From Sulfurovum sp. (GTDB lineage Bacteria > Campylobacterota > Campylobacteria > Campylobacterales > Sulfurovaceae): a stretch of DNA of 64,000 bases. Both the position numbers and the translations under genes were made by a program. A model generated the notes under the pieces. The model had not been told where the DNA came from, did not search any database, and saw only the letters and a program-made list of their open reading frames with translations. Of the stretch, positions 47,720 to 57,404 are shown piece by piece. Position 1 is the first letter of the stretch, and each line of letters begins with the position of its first letter. The DNA lies in NCBI GenBank assembly GCA_027019175.1, contig JALUXB010000009.1, forward strand, positions 34,311 through 98,310, written 5' to 3'.

Positions 47720-48235
47720 ATGAAAGAATACGGCTACCTGCTGCTTACCATTATCGCCATCTTTGGGATCATCCTTGCCGGAGCGTACTTCAGTCCCACG
47801 TTTGAAGAGCAAAAAAGTTTTCTCGAACTCTTCTACCTCAGCGGCGCACTGCTCTTTGTTTTTTCGGCACTGGTGATCTTTGCCACCATTGGGTTTGGAT
47901 CCTTCGCCATTTACGGTGCTATTTTTCTGGCAGCTGTCATGGGTATCTACGGTATTGAAGGTGCTGTGCTGGTCGTTGTACTGACCTATATTACCTGGGG
48001 ATCCATCTTTGCAATGCAGGTACTGCTTTTCTATCATCATCTAAAAAGCGCTGTTGAATGGTTTGAAACCCGTTATACCTTTAAATCGTTCAAGTATGAA
48101 TATTATGTTTTTTATCCGATGTTCTGGGTTGCCTATCTCTTTTTGGAGTTTATTCCAAGTATCATTTACAGAGAGGATTTTTTGAAGTTCACCCCGTCAA
48201 GGGTATTGGAGGAGATGCGTCAGGTTTTGAAGTGA
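47720..48235 (+). CDS. Hypothetical integral membrane protein
   Basis: GGAGG RBS, several hydrophobic helices. Confidence 0.75.
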   Translation: MKEYGYLLLTIIAIFGIILAGAYFSPTFEEQKSFLELFYLSGALLFVFSALVIFATIGFGSFAIYGAIFLAAVMGIYGIEGAVLVVVLTYITWGSIFAMQVLLFYHHLKSAVEWFETRYTFKSFKYEYYVFYPMFWVAYLFLEFIPSIIYREDFLKFTPSRVLEEMRQVLK

Positions 48236-48264
48236 CGCATTTTTTAGAGGTTTTAGGGAAACCT

Positions 48265-49608
48265 CTATTTTTTTGGTGTACTGGTATTGCCAAAGCCAAA
48301 GAAGCGTTTGATACGCTCACAAATGGTCATTGACCCTGTTTCGATGCGACACACTTCAGTCTCTTCGTAATCACCTACTAATGTTTTAATACGCTCAGGC
48401 TGCTTCTTGCCCTCGATAATGAAACGCAGCGCATTGAGGCGGATAAATCCTTCTGCATCTTTCTGATTATACACATCATCTGCTTCAAAGGTCGAGTGCT
48501 CCTCTGAATAGAGTGAGTTCTCAGACTTACGTCCCACCACGATGACATTACCCTTGTAGAGCTTGAGGCGTACTTCGCCGTTTACCTGCTCCTGCGTCGC
48601 ATCGATGGCTGCCTGCATCATGCGGCGCTCAGGAGACCACCACAGACCGTTGTAGATAAGCTTGGCATATTTTGGCATCATCTCATCTTTGGCATGCGCC
48701 TCTTCACGGTCAAGCGTGATCGATTCGATGGCACGGTGCGCCTTGAGCATAATGGTTCCGCCCGGTGTCTCGTAACATCCGCGCGCCTTCATCCCCACCA
48801 TACGGTTTTCTACAATGTCGATACGACCGATACCGTGCTTTTTACCGTAAGTGTTGAGCGTCTCAAGGATCGTTGCAGGCGTCATCTCCTCACCGTTGAT
48901 CGCGACAGGGTCGCCATGTTTATAGGTGATAGTAATGTATTCTGCCTTGTCCGGTGCATTCTCAGGAGAGACAGACCAGAGCCACATATCCTCTTCAGGT
49001 TCGTTGTAAGGGTTCTCCAGCCACTCACCCTCATAGGAGATATGCAGCAGGTTTGCATCCATCGAATAGGGTTTTGGCTTCCCTTTGCCGTCGATGTCAA
49101 TGCCGTGTGCTTTGGCATACTCCAGCAGCTTGGTACGGGAGTTGAGATCCCACTCTCTCCATGGAGCGATGACCGCGATATCCGGATCGAGCGCAAGGTA
49201 TCCAAGCTCGAAACGCACCTGGTCGTTTCCTTTGCCTGTTGCACCGTGAGAGACAGCATCCGCTCCGGTCTCATGCGCGATCTCTATCTGCTTCTTGGCG
49301 ATAAGTGGACGCGCGATAGAAGTACCGAGCAGATACTCCCCTTCATAGATCGCATTGGCTCTGAACATCGGAAATACAAAATCCTTGACAAACTCTTCAC
49401 GCAGGTCAAGGATAAAGATATTTTCAGGTTTGATACCCATATCAAGCGCCTTCTGTCGCGCAGGCTCCACCTCTTCACCCTGCCCCAGATCGGCAGTGAA
49501 GGTCACCACCTCACAGTTGTACTCATCCTGAAGCCACTTGAGAATGATACTTGTATCGAGTCCGCCGCTGTATGCGAGAACTGCCTTTTTGATCTCTCTT
49601 TTTGCCAT
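48265..49608 (-). CDS. argG: Argininosuccinate synthase
   Basis: [50 protein letters not shown]. Confidence 0.97.
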   Translation of the reverse strand: MAKREIKKAVLAYSGGLDTSIILKWLQDEYNCEVVTFTADLGQGEEVEPARQKALDMGIKPENIFILDLREEFVKDFVFPMFRANAIYEGEYLLGTSIARPLIAKKQIEIAHETGADAVSHGATGKGNDQVRFELGYLALDPDIAVIAPWREWDLNSRTKLLEYAKAHGIDIDGKGKPKPYSMDANLLHISYEGEWLENPYNEPEEDMWLWSVSPENAPDKAEYITITYKHGDPVAINGEEMTPATILETLNTYGKKHGIGRIDIVENRMVGMKARGCYETPGGTIMLKAHRAIESITLDREEAHAKDEMMPKYAKLIYNGLWWSPERRMMQAAIDATQEQVNGEVRLKLYKGNVIVVGRKSENSLYSEEHSTFEADDVYNQKDAEGFIRLNALRFIIEGKKQPERIKTLVGDYEETEVCRIETGSMTICERIKRFFGFGNTSTPKK

Positions 49609-49666
49609 TTTTCAGCCTTGTAAAAAAATAATATTGCCGCGATTTTAGCGTAATTTTGGTTAAGGG

Positions 49667-50005
49667 TTACACAAACCCCCACTTCTTCAAAATAATATCC
49701 AGTACCGGCTTCTTATACGCTCCCGTATGCCTAAAGACCTCATTGCCTTCGGCATCGAAAAAGATTTGTGTCGGCATCTCTTTGAGTTTGTAGATATCTC
49801 TGCTGATGATGCGCTCTTTCTGTCCGTCTATCGCATAGATCTGAAACTCCGGATGCTCCTCGAGTACCTGTGCAAAAACTTTTGACATCGCGATGCAGCT
49901 GTAGCAGTGGCTCATTCCAAATGCCAGAATGGTCGGTTTGCCGTTGCCAATGTTGTGCTTGATGTTTTTGTATTCGCTTACAGGCATAGGCTGACGTTCT
50001 GCCAT
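49667..50005 (-). CDS. Thioredoxin-family protein
   Basis: CYSC motif, cis-Pro region MPTQIFFD..EVFRHTG. Confidence 0.82.
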   Translation of the reverse strand: MAERQPMPVSEYKNIKHNIGNGKPTILAFGMSHCYSCIAMSKVFAQVLEEHPEFQIYAIDGQKERIISRDIYKLKEMPTQIFFDAEGNEVFRHTGAYKKPVLDIILKKWGFV

Positions 50006-50063
50006 TTCGCTCTCCTAATCGATTATTGGCTATAATTTATCCAAATTATCTTTAGGGAATGCC

Positions 50064-50846
50064 ATGAAACTGGGTGTCAACATCGATCACATCGCCGTAC
50101 TTCGGGAAGCCAGAAGGGTTGCCGACCCCGATCCGCTCGATGCGCTGAGCATCTGCAAACGTGCCGGAGCAGACCAGATCACCATCCACCTGCGTGAAGA
50201 CAGACGCCATATGCAAGACAGTGATGCCAAAAACATCATCGCACTCTCTGCGCTGCCTGTCAACCTTGAGTGCGCCATTGAACCAAGCATGATCGACATC
50301 GCCTGTGCGCTTCGTCCGCATCGTGTGACCCTTGTACCCGAAAAGCGTGAAGAGGTAACCACCGAAGGGGGGCTTGCCGTCACCGGAGCACAACCCAAAC
50401 TCAAAGAGGCGATCAGACGATTAGAGGAGGAGGAGATAGAGGTCTCTCTCTTTATCGACCCTACCCTTGAGGCGGTACGGGCAGCGGTCGATCTGCATGT
50501 GGAGTGGATAGAGTTTCATACCGGCAAGTATGCCAACATCTACGCCATGCTCTATGGCAACCTTGCCAAGACCCACCACACCATCAAAGAACTCGAACTA
50601 CCCCGCAAAGTACTCAAGCAGATGCTCGATGACGAGCTTCGCAACCTCAGACTGCTCAGCTGCGATGCCATGGAACTGGGTCTCAAGGTCGCTGCCGGGC
50701 ACGGACTGAATTACCAAAATGTCAAGGATATCGTCGAAATTGAAACGATTGAAGAGCTCAACATCGGACAGAGTATCATTGCTCGCTCTGTCTATACAGG
50801 TCTGGAGCAAGCGATTTTGGATATGAAGGCGTTGTTGATACGGTAA
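50064..50846 (+). CDS. pdxJ: Pyridoxine 5'-phosphate synthase
   Basis: LGVNIDH, HLREDRRH, VPEKREEVTTEGGL, EFHTG, AAGHGLNY, ELNIGQS. Confidence 0.97.
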   Translation: MKLGVNIDHIAVLREARRVADPDPLDALSICKRAGADQITIHLREDRRHMQDSDAKNIIALSALPVNLECAIEPSMIDIACALRPHRVTLVPEKREEVTTEGGLAVTGAQPKLKEAIRRLEEEEIEVSLFIDPTLEAVRAAVDLHVEWIEFHTGKYANIYAMLYGNLAKTHHTIKELELPRKVLKQMLDDELRNLRLLSCDAMELGLKVAAGHGLNYQNVKDIVEIETIEELNIGQSIIARSVYTGLEQAILDMKALLIR

Positions 50847-50849
50847 AGT

Positions 50850-50952
50850 GCGTTGAGCGTTGAGCGTTGAGCGTTGAGCGTTGAGCGTTGAGCGTTGAGC
50901 GTTGAGCGTTGAGCGTTGAGCGTTGAGCGTTGAGCGTTGAGCGTTGAGCGTT
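50850..50952 (+). repeat. Perfect heptamer tandem array (CGTTGAG)14
   Basis: 14 exact CGTTGAG units 50851-50948 plus partial, immediately after pdxJ stop. Confidence 0.97.
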
Positions 50953-51013
50953 CTATAGAACGATTTCACAATGACCTTAATATGTCAAGGAATATTGACA
51001 AAAATCACGCATT

Positions 51014-51085
51014 ATCAGCTTTTCTTTTTTCTTTGCTTCGTTTCTCTTTTTCTTTGTGCTGCTACAAAGAAAAAAGAAATGAAGA
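51014..51085. repeat. 72-bp duplicated hairpin element, copy 2
   Basis: Matches 44589-44660; between pdxJ and pdxA. Confidence 0.88.
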
Positions 51086-51147
51086 GAGAAGCAAGACAAA
51101 GCTAAAAAGTATAACAACCGATAGATAGACTATAAAGGCGAATAACA

Positions 51148-52086
51148 ATGCAAAAGAAAAAAATAGCCGTTTCCATCGGCGACCTCAACGGCATCGGTAT
51201 CCAACTCGCACTTGAAAACCACACACAGATTGCAGCCATGGTCGATCCGATCTACTGCATAGACACTGCTATGCTAAGAGAAGCAGCTGAACTCTTACAG
51301 TTGCCGATACCGGACGGGTTTCAGACCGTAGAAGATATTGCCCCTGCCTTTACCATTGAACCGGGCAAAGTCTCTGCGTCAAGCGGTGCCTACGCCTATG
51401 CCTCTTTCGTCAAGGCAGTCGAACTGGCACGTGAAGGAAAGGTCGATGCCATTACCACCCTCCCCATCCACAAAAAAGCATGGGAAGAGGCAGGCATAAA
51501 ATACAAGGGGCATACCGATGCCCTCCGTGACTTCTTTGATGCGGATGCTATCATGATGCTGGGCTGCCAAAAAATGTATGTCGCCCTCTTTACCGAACAC
51601 ATGCCACTAAGAGAGGTAGCTGACAGCATAAACGAGCAGGATCTGACACGCTTCCTGATTGATTTTTACAACACAGCCAAACCCACATCTACCGTAGCTG
51701 TCCTCGGGCTCAACCCCCACGCAGGAGACGACGGCGTACTCGGCAACGAAGAAAAATTCATTACAAATGCCATAAACAATGCAAACCATCAACTCAGTGC
51801 TCAGCGCTCAGCGCTCAGCGCTCCGTTCACCGGTCCTTTGGTGCCCGACGTCGCCTTCACTCCCAACGTACGCAAACACTACACCCACTACGTCGCCATG
51901 TACCACGACCAGGGACTCGCACCGCTTAAGGCACTCTACTTTGACGAAGGTATCAACGTCTCTTTAAATCTACCTATACTCCGTACTTCTGTCGATCACG
52001 GTACGGCATTTGATATTGCCTATAAGGGTGTAAAATTGAATGCGTTGAGTTATTTGAATGCGGTCAGATATATTGCTGCATCGTAG
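51148..52086 (+). CDS. pdxA: 4-hydroxythreonine-4-phosphate dehydrogenase
   Basis: GDLNGIG, TLPIHK, GHTD, LNPHAGD, AMYHDQGL, RTSVDHGTAFDIA. Confidence 0.97.
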   Translation: MQKKKIAVSIGDLNGIGIQLALENHTQIAAMVDPIYCIDTAMLREAAELLQLPIPDGFQTVEDIAPAFTIEPGKVSASSGAYAYASFVKAVELAREGKVDAITTLPIHKKAWEEAGIKYKGHTDALRDFFDADAIMMLGCQKMYVALFTEHMPLREVADSINEQDLTRFLIDFYNTAKPTSTVAVLGLNPHAGDDGVLGNEEKFITNAINNANHQLSAQRSALSAPFTGPLVPDVAFTPNVRKHYTHYVAMYHDQGLAPLKALYFDEGINVSLNLPILRTSVDHGTAFDIAYKGVKLNALSYLNAVRYIAAS

Positions 52087-52201
52087 GGTGCGTAATGCCC
52101 GCAGGAAATACCCTTGGGGTACACGCACCTTTTACCACATATTCCGGTAGTGAACATTGATTTTTATAAACGGTTTGAAGGTGCGTGGATACGCACCCTA
52201 C
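52083..52201. repeat. Inverted REP doublet; left copy carries a 25-bp loop insertion
   Basis: GTAG-GGTGCGT-(29 nt)-ACGCACC at 52083-52129 and inverted GGTGCGT-GGAT-ACGCACC-CTAC at 52180-52201. Confidence 0.85.
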
Positions 52202-52213
52202 AGTAAAACGATG

Positions 52214-52441
52214 TTAGCAAAACAGTGACGGTTCCGCCTCGTCATAGACAATCTCACACTCTTCATTCATACGTGCGCAGAGTTTCTGCTGGCAGCAGTC
52301 GCACAGGAAGCGGTAATTTTGCATATCGTAGTGGATAGTATCACCCTCATTGAGGTCAACATAACACTCACCGCAGACATTGGTGACACGTAACAAAATA
52401 TCTTTTGTAGCAACTTGCGTCACAAAACAGGCACTGCTCAT
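52214..52441 (-). CDS. Small Cys-rich, putative Zn-binding protein
   Basis: CGEC and CDCC motifs; ATGA overlap with upstream TPR gene. Confidence 0.65.
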   Translation of the reverse strand: MSSACFVTQVATKDILLRVTNVCGECYVDLNEGDTIHYDMQNYRFLCDCCQQKLCARMNEECEIVYDEAEPSLFC

Positions 52442-53082
52442 TGTTTCCTCTCCAATTCTTCTATCATCTTTTGAGCCTCCTCGATTTCAGGGTCAAGTTC
52501 ATAAGCTTTTTTATAATTGACAAGCGCTTCGTCATAACGCTTCATATCGTAAAGTGTATTGGCATAGTTAAAATAGTGCGGCGCATACTCGGCATCAAGC
52601 TCGATCGCCTTTTGGTGGTGACGCATCGCCTCTTCATCTTCTCCCAGTTTATGCAGTGTATTTGCCAGTGAATCATGGGCAATGTCATCATTTGGATCGA
52701 GAGAGAGTATCTTTTCGTAAACCTTTTTTGCCTCTTTATATTCTCTGTCTTCAAGGTAAAGATACCCCTCCCGACGCAGTGCTTCTATGTTGTTCTCATC
52801 CAAAATCAATGCACTTTGCACTGCCTTACGTGCCTCAAGCAAATCTCCTTTGCTTATTGCTTCGTCAGCCATTTCAATAAGCTGTTCGATACGCGAACCA
52901 CCCTCCTGTCTCGGTTTGGCAAAAATCTTGTCAGGACGGTTAATACCGCCGATACGGTCATCCGGTACTTTCGCTTCATAGTCAACACCGCGCTTGGGGT
53001 AATTTCCAGAGAAGAGCTGTTTGAAAAAGAGGTAGAAAACCCCGCCTGCGACAATGAGTAAAAAAAGTTGAAAAGTTGTCAT
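52438..53082 (-). CDS. Membrane-anchored TPR protein
   Basis: N-terminal TM, several TPR units (AHDSLANTLHKLG, HYFNYANTLYDMK). Confidence 0.85.
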   Translation of the reverse strand: MTTFQLFLLIVAGGVFYLFFKQLFSGNYPKRGVDYEAKVPDDRIGGINRPDKIFAKPRQEGGSRIEQLIEMADEAISKGDLLEARKAVQSALILDENNIEALRREGYLYLEDREYKEAKKVYEKILSLDPNDDIAHDSLANTLHKLGEDEEAMRHHQKAIELDAEYAPHYFNYANTLYDMKRYDEALVNYKKAYELDPEIEEAQKMIEELERKQ

Positions 53083-53142
53083 AGATGCTCCACAATTGAA
53101 TGCCGAATCATAGGATAATCCACCTTAAAGGACAAGAAAATC

Positions 53143-53946
53143 CTACCACCCTTCCGCAAGATCGATCACTCCGTAGCCTGCTTGTTGACGCTTTGAAAAT
53201 ACCTTTTTAAACGCTTCGACCGTTGGTGCCGTTTCAAAGCCCTGCTGCGGTTGGTGTGCCGTTTTGGAAAAGAGTACCATCCAGCGTCCAAGTGTGTACT
53301 CGATATTGGTAATGCCATACCCCTCTTTCCAGTAACTATCAATCATTTTTGCCGCTTCATACCATGTCGACCGTACCCCAAGCGCCTGTGTACGGTACTC
53401 GGTATGTTTAGCAAAGATGCCTACATAGTGCCCTTCTCCGTACTCTAAATCGACCATATCATACCCTGCTTCCCATCGTGCATTCACCGCACGAATGAAA
53501 TCATCACGCTTTGCCCGTGCCTCATACGCCTGACTTCCATACCCGGTACCTTTTTCAAAAAAGACGACCCAGTTTGCCAAACCATGCTCTATATTGGTAA
53601 TAAAATACCCCTCTTTCCAGTACTGATCTACGATCTTGTCTATCGCTTCCCATCTTGAAGCCACCACATAGGTTTGATGGCTTTTGGGATTCGATTTGCC
53701 AAAAACACCAAGCCAGTGCCCGTTGCCATACTTCATCTCGACAAGATCATATCCTGTCTGCCACTGCTTTCTAATAACTTTTCGGAAATTTTTAAGATCC
53801 ATAGTGCTTTTGATGGTCTGTGTATTGTCCCCTTTTTCAAATACACCTATATATTTGTAGCGTGAAGCATCATACTTTGCATCGATCGCCATTGCGGAAA
53901 CTGTCATTGCCAATACTACTAAAACACCCAAAAGTTTTTTTTGCAT
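53143..53946 (-). CDS. Secreted protein built from about five 50-aa W-x2-GY repeats
   Basis: Signal peptide; repeats such as WKEGYFITNIEHGLANWVVFFEK and WEAGYDMVDLEYGEGHYVGIFAK. Confidence 0.8.
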   Translation of the reverse strand: MQKKLLGVLVVLAMTVSAMAIDAKYDASRYKYIGVFEKGDNTQTIKSTMDLKNFRKVIRKQWQTGYDLVEMKYGNGHWLGVFGKSNPKSHQTYVVASRWEAIDKIVDQYWKEGYFITNIEHGLANWVVFFEKGTGYGSQAYEARAKRDDFIRAVNARWEAGYDMVDLEYGEGHYVGIFAKHTEYRTQALGVRSTWYEAAKMIDSYWKEGYGITNIEYTLGRWMVLFSKTAHQPQQGFETAPTVEAFKKVFSKRQQAGYGVIDLAEGW

Positions 53947-53949
53947 CTT

Positions 53950-54240
53950 CTATCCTTTCAACTGTGCAGCAATCGAAGCAGCGAGATTATCCATCTCTTC
54001 CCGCGTTTTGTAAATAAAACTGTGCTTTTCATTCTCGCCAATGTAGACAAATATGCCGTACCCTACAATTTCTACTTTCTCTTTCCCCTCCACATCGAGC
54101 CACTCCAGACTCACTTGTGTCGTCTCATCCTCATAACCTGTCTTAATAATCGCAGCAGGATAGAGCTGTGTCATTTCCCGTGTCTCAAATTCTTTGTCTT
54201 CTATGCATATTTTCATAGTATGATTATAGTATAATCGCAT
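53950..54240 (-). CDS. Hypothetical protein
   Basis: ORF abutting downstream gene; true start probably MKICIEDK; no recognisable motif. Confidence 0.6.
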   Translation of the reverse strand: MRLYYNHTMKICIEDKEFETREMTQLYPAAIIKTGYEDETTQVSLEWLDVEGKEKVEIVGYGIFVYIGENEKHSFIYKTREEMDNLAASIAAQLKG

Positions 54241-54261
54241 TAAATTACACGAGGATGCATT

Positions 54262-54705
54262 ATGAGTCTAAAAGAACAAATCAAAAACGATATCAAAGAA
54301 GCGATGCGCGCCAAAGATACAGCAAAGCGCGACACGCTTAGAAACCTTAACGCCGCAATCAAGCAGATTGAAGTCGATGAGCGAAGAGAACTCAGCGATG
54401 CTGATGTGGAAGCAATACTGATGAAATATGCCAAACAGCGTGAAGATGCCAAAGCACAGTTTGCCGATGCCGGACGTGACGACCTTGTAGCCAAAGAAGA
54501 AGCCGAACTTGCCATCGTCAAAAGCTACCTGCCTGAACCGCTTAGCGAAGCAGAGCTTGAAATCATCATCAAAGAGATCATCGCCGAGACAGGTGCCCAG
54601 AGTATGAAAGATATGGGCAAAGTGATGGGTGCAGCCAAAGCAAAAGTCGGAAGCCGTGCGGATGGCGGTACGATTTCAAAGATGGTAAAGGGGTTGTTGG
54701 GGTAG
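54262..54705 (+). CDS. GatB/YqeY domain protein
   Basis: KEAMRAKD, KQREDA..FADAGRDDL..EL, KDMGKVMG, GSRADG. Confidence 0.92.
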   Translation: MSLKEQIKNDIKEAMRAKDTAKRDTLRNLNAAIKQIEVDERRELSDADVEAILMKYAKQREDAKAQFADAGRDDLVAKEEAELAIVKSYLPEPLSEAELEIIIKEIIAETGAQSMKDMGKVMGAAKAKVGSRADGGTISKMVKGLLG

Positions 54706-54722
54706 GCATCATAACCACACTC

Positions 54723-54752
54723 TCGTTCCCACGCTCACGCGTGAGGATGCAT
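54723..54752. repeat. TCGTTCCCA-family palindrome (degenerate)
   Basis: TCGTTCCCACGCTCACGCGTGAGGATGCAT; possible decayed partner near 54830-54858. Confidence 0.65.
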
Positions 54753-54949
54753 AGACTACATAGAACTCAGATAATCTTCAACAAGTTTTATGGAGAACAA
54801 TCAACGAATATAACAGCTTATACTCTCGTAATGTATTTCCACGTGCAACGTATGTATAGACAAGAAAATAATTTACTTCACTTTAAGTTTAATACAATAA
54901 ACTAAATAAACAATAATTCGTATAATATAAAATACTTAGGAACAAAGTA

Positions 54950-56149
54950 ATGTACACAGTATTAGAAAATGCAAAACGTCTCTATAGACTCAAAAGTAAC
55001 CAAACACTACCTCTTTTTAAGCGATATATTTTTGATGACCTGAAACACTCCAGTGCAAAACTCACGGCAATCTACGGCAGTAGAGGTGTTGGGAAAACGA
55101 CACTGCTGATGCAGCTTTTAAAAGCGTCTAATGTAGAAGATAAACTTTATATTTCATGTGATCATCCAATGTTTTTCGATGTTTCTCTCTTTGATTTTGT
55201 AGATGAATACAGTAAAAGAGGCGGGGAATTGATCTGTATTGACGAGGTACATGAGGCAAAAAACTATGAACAGGAACTCAAAGCCATCTACGACTTTTTA
55301 GATATCAAAGTCTATTTTACCGGTTCAAGTGCTATTGCGCTTCGAAGCCCAGACTTTGCCAGAAGATATTCAATGTACCATCTATATCCACTCAGTTTTA
55401 GAGAGTTCTTAGAGCTTACGCAAAATATTTTGCTAAAAAGCTATCCTTTAACAGATATTTTACAATATCATGAAAAAGCAGCAAATGAAATTATCGATAG
55501 CCTAAAAGCTAAAAAAATATTAAAACACTTTTATCAATTTCTGGACGTTGGTGCATACCCATTTTATTTTGAAGACAAAAGCAAATATATCGACAGAGTC
55601 AATGATACCATTAACAAGATTTTACATATAGATTTGAGCAAAATCTACGCTATTCAACCCGATAAAGTAGATACACTCAAAAAGATTTTGCTTACTATTT
55701 GTATCTCAGAACCATTTGAACTCAATATAGAAAAAATTGCAAGACTTGCAGGCATCACTAAAGCAACACTTTATAAATATCTAAATTATCTTAACGATGC
55801 AGAACTTATTACGCTTGTAAGCAATGAAGCAAAAAGGTTTGCAAATATCAGAAAACCGGATAAGCTTTATCTTGCAAATAGCAATCTTTTCAATGCACTC
55901 TGCGACAGCAGTAAAAAAGGAACTCTAAGAGAGACTTTTTTTGTCAGTCAGGTCAAAACAAAACACAAAATATATTATGCAAATAGCGGTGATTTTATCA
56001 TAGATGATACATATACTGTTGAGATAGGTGGGAAAAACAAAAGCTTTGATCAAATTAAAGATATACCTAATGCCTTTGTGGTCGCTGACGATATTGAGGT
56101 TGGATTTGAAGCTAAAATACCCCTTTGGTTATTTGGATTTCTGTATTAG
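54950..56149 (+). CDS. AAA+ ATPase with DUF4143-type C-terminus
   Basis: YGSRGVGKTTLL, ICIDEVH, YFTGSS, KPDKLYLAN, LRETFF, VEIGGKNK; AT-rich. Confidence 0.85.
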   Translation: MYTVLENAKRLYRLKSNQTLPLFKRYIFDDLKHSSAKLTAIYGSRGVGKTTLLMQLLKASNVEDKLYISCDHPMFFDVSLFDFVDEYSKRGGELICIDEVHEAKNYEQELKAIYDFLDIKVYFTGSSAIALRSPDFARRYSMYHLYPLSFREFLELTQNILLKSYPLTDILQYHEKAANEIIDSLKAKKILKHFYQFLDVGAYPFYFEDKSKYIDRVNDTINKILHIDLSKIYAIQPDKVDTLKKILLTICISEPFELNIEKIARLAGITKATLYKYLNYLNDAELITLVSNEAKRFANIRKPDKLYLANSNLFNALCDSSKKGTLRETFFVSQVKTKHKIYYANSGDFIIDDTYTVEIGGKNKSFDQIKDIPNAFVVADDIEVGFEAKIPLWLFGFLY

Positions 56150-56242
56150 ATGCGGTAAGGGCGACAGAAGGAAGTGCCTGTGGTGCATAACACCCTATCC
56201 TTTCAAATATACTCCAATATAAAAAACAAGGAGAAAAGATCT

Positions 56243-56524
56243 CTACAAAATAAGAATAAAAACCATTATCCCTACTATCAGCAATAAAATCCCCACAACA
56301 ATCCAAGTAATCTTGTTTATGTAACTCGGTGTATCCGTTCCATCCGGATTATTGAAACCACCGGGGAGATCATCCTCGATAGTTGCAATGACACCATTGA
56401 TTATAATAGCTCCAGCAGTCATAGCAAAAGCTATCCAATAGCTAAATCCAAACAAATAGTTTACTCCAGCAGCAACAATAAAAATGATCAATAAAGATAT
56501 TACTACTAACTTAATATCGATCAT
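56243..56524 (-). CDS. Small membrane hypothetical protein
   Basis: Three hydrophobic segments around DDLPGGFNNPDG; AT-rich. Confidence 0.7.
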   Translation of the reverse strand: MIDIKLVVISLLIIFIVAAGVNYLFGFSYWIAFAMTAGAIIINGVIATIEDDLPGGFNNPDGTDTPSYINKITWIVVGILLLIVGIMVFILIL

Positions 56525-56536
56525 ATTCTACTGATA

Positions 56537-57340
56537 TCAATCTAATACTTCACCATACTTCACCGCTTTGATCGCTGCAGTGATATCATCCTGGCGCATA
56601 AAGTGTTCGCCTACCAGAAACGCATCTGCACCCATTTTGGAAATCTCTACGACCGTTTCATGGTCATTGATGCCGCTTTCGGCAACGATAATCTTGTTAT
56701 TGGGGATGAGCGGAATGAGCTTTTCGGTCAGGCGCATATCCATCTCGAATGTTTCCAGGTTTCGGTGGTTGATACCTACGATCGTTGCACCGGCGAACAT
56801 CGCTTTAATGAGATCCGCCTTGTCATGGATCTCGACAAGTACTTCAAGCCCAAGGTGGAGCGCATATTCATAGAGTTCTTTGAGTTCTTTGCGTGAAAGC
56901 GCCTTTGCAATGAGCAGAATGTAGTCTGCGCCGAATGCCAATGCTTCTACAATCTGGTACTTATCGACAATGAAATCCTTGCGAAGCAGCGGAATACTCA
57001 CATAGCGGCGTACCATGCCAAGATATTCCTTGTCTCCCTTAAACCAGTGCGGCTCGGTCAGAATTGAAAGTGAATCTGCCCCGCCCTTTTCGTATGCCTG
57101 CGCGATCACAACAGGGTCGAAGTCTTCACGAATAATTCCTTTGCTGGGGCTTGCTTTCTTCACTTCGGCAATAATGCGATAGGGGTTTTCTGGTGTAGAA
57201 CGCAGAGCGCCCTGTACATCTTTGGGAACAAAAGGATTAAAAGCCAAAGAGCGTCCAAGCCACTCTACAGGATATTCGACTTTGCGCTTTTCAAGATCAT
57301 CTTTTGTCTTTCGGATTATTTCATCTAAAATATCTGCCAT
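56537..57340 (-). CDS. trpC: Indole-3-glycerol phosphate synthase
   Basis: [49 protein letters not shown]. Confidence 0.97.
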   Translation of the reverse strand: MADILDEIIRKTKDDLEKRKVEYPVEWLGRSLAFNPFVPKDVQGALRSTPENPYRIIAEVKKASPSKGIIREDFDPVVIAQAYEKGGADSLSILTEPHWFKGDKEYLGMVRRYVSIPLLRKDFIVDKYQIVEALAFGADYILLIAKALSRKELKELYEYALHLGLEVLVEIHDKADLIKAMFAGATIVGINHRNLETFEMDMRLTEKLIPLIPNNKIIVAESGINDHETVVEISKMGADAFLVGEHFMRQDDITAAIKAVKYGEVLD

Positions 57341-57404
57341 ACGTTATACTCTCTATGAATTTTTGCGTATTATAGCGCAAGGAAGAGAGGTAGCCGCTGA
57401 AGCT

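Noticed and set aside
48694-49623. 309-aa antisense ORF over argG (likewise 23952-25133, 45995-46840, 8519-9328, 15342-16268)
   Set aside because: Shadow ORFs opposite well-conserved genes, with no recognisable motifs
50530-50640. Insertion in PdxJ after the EFHTG motif
   Set aside because: To my recollection this is typical of Campylobacterota PdxJ, so not novel
50850-50952. CRISPR array
   Set aside because: Contiguous 7-mers with no spacers; no cas genes or spaced repeats anywhere in the window
50598-50969. ORF with TLNAQRS repeats
   Set aside because: Translation of the heptamer array, antisense to pdxJ; no independent coding evidence
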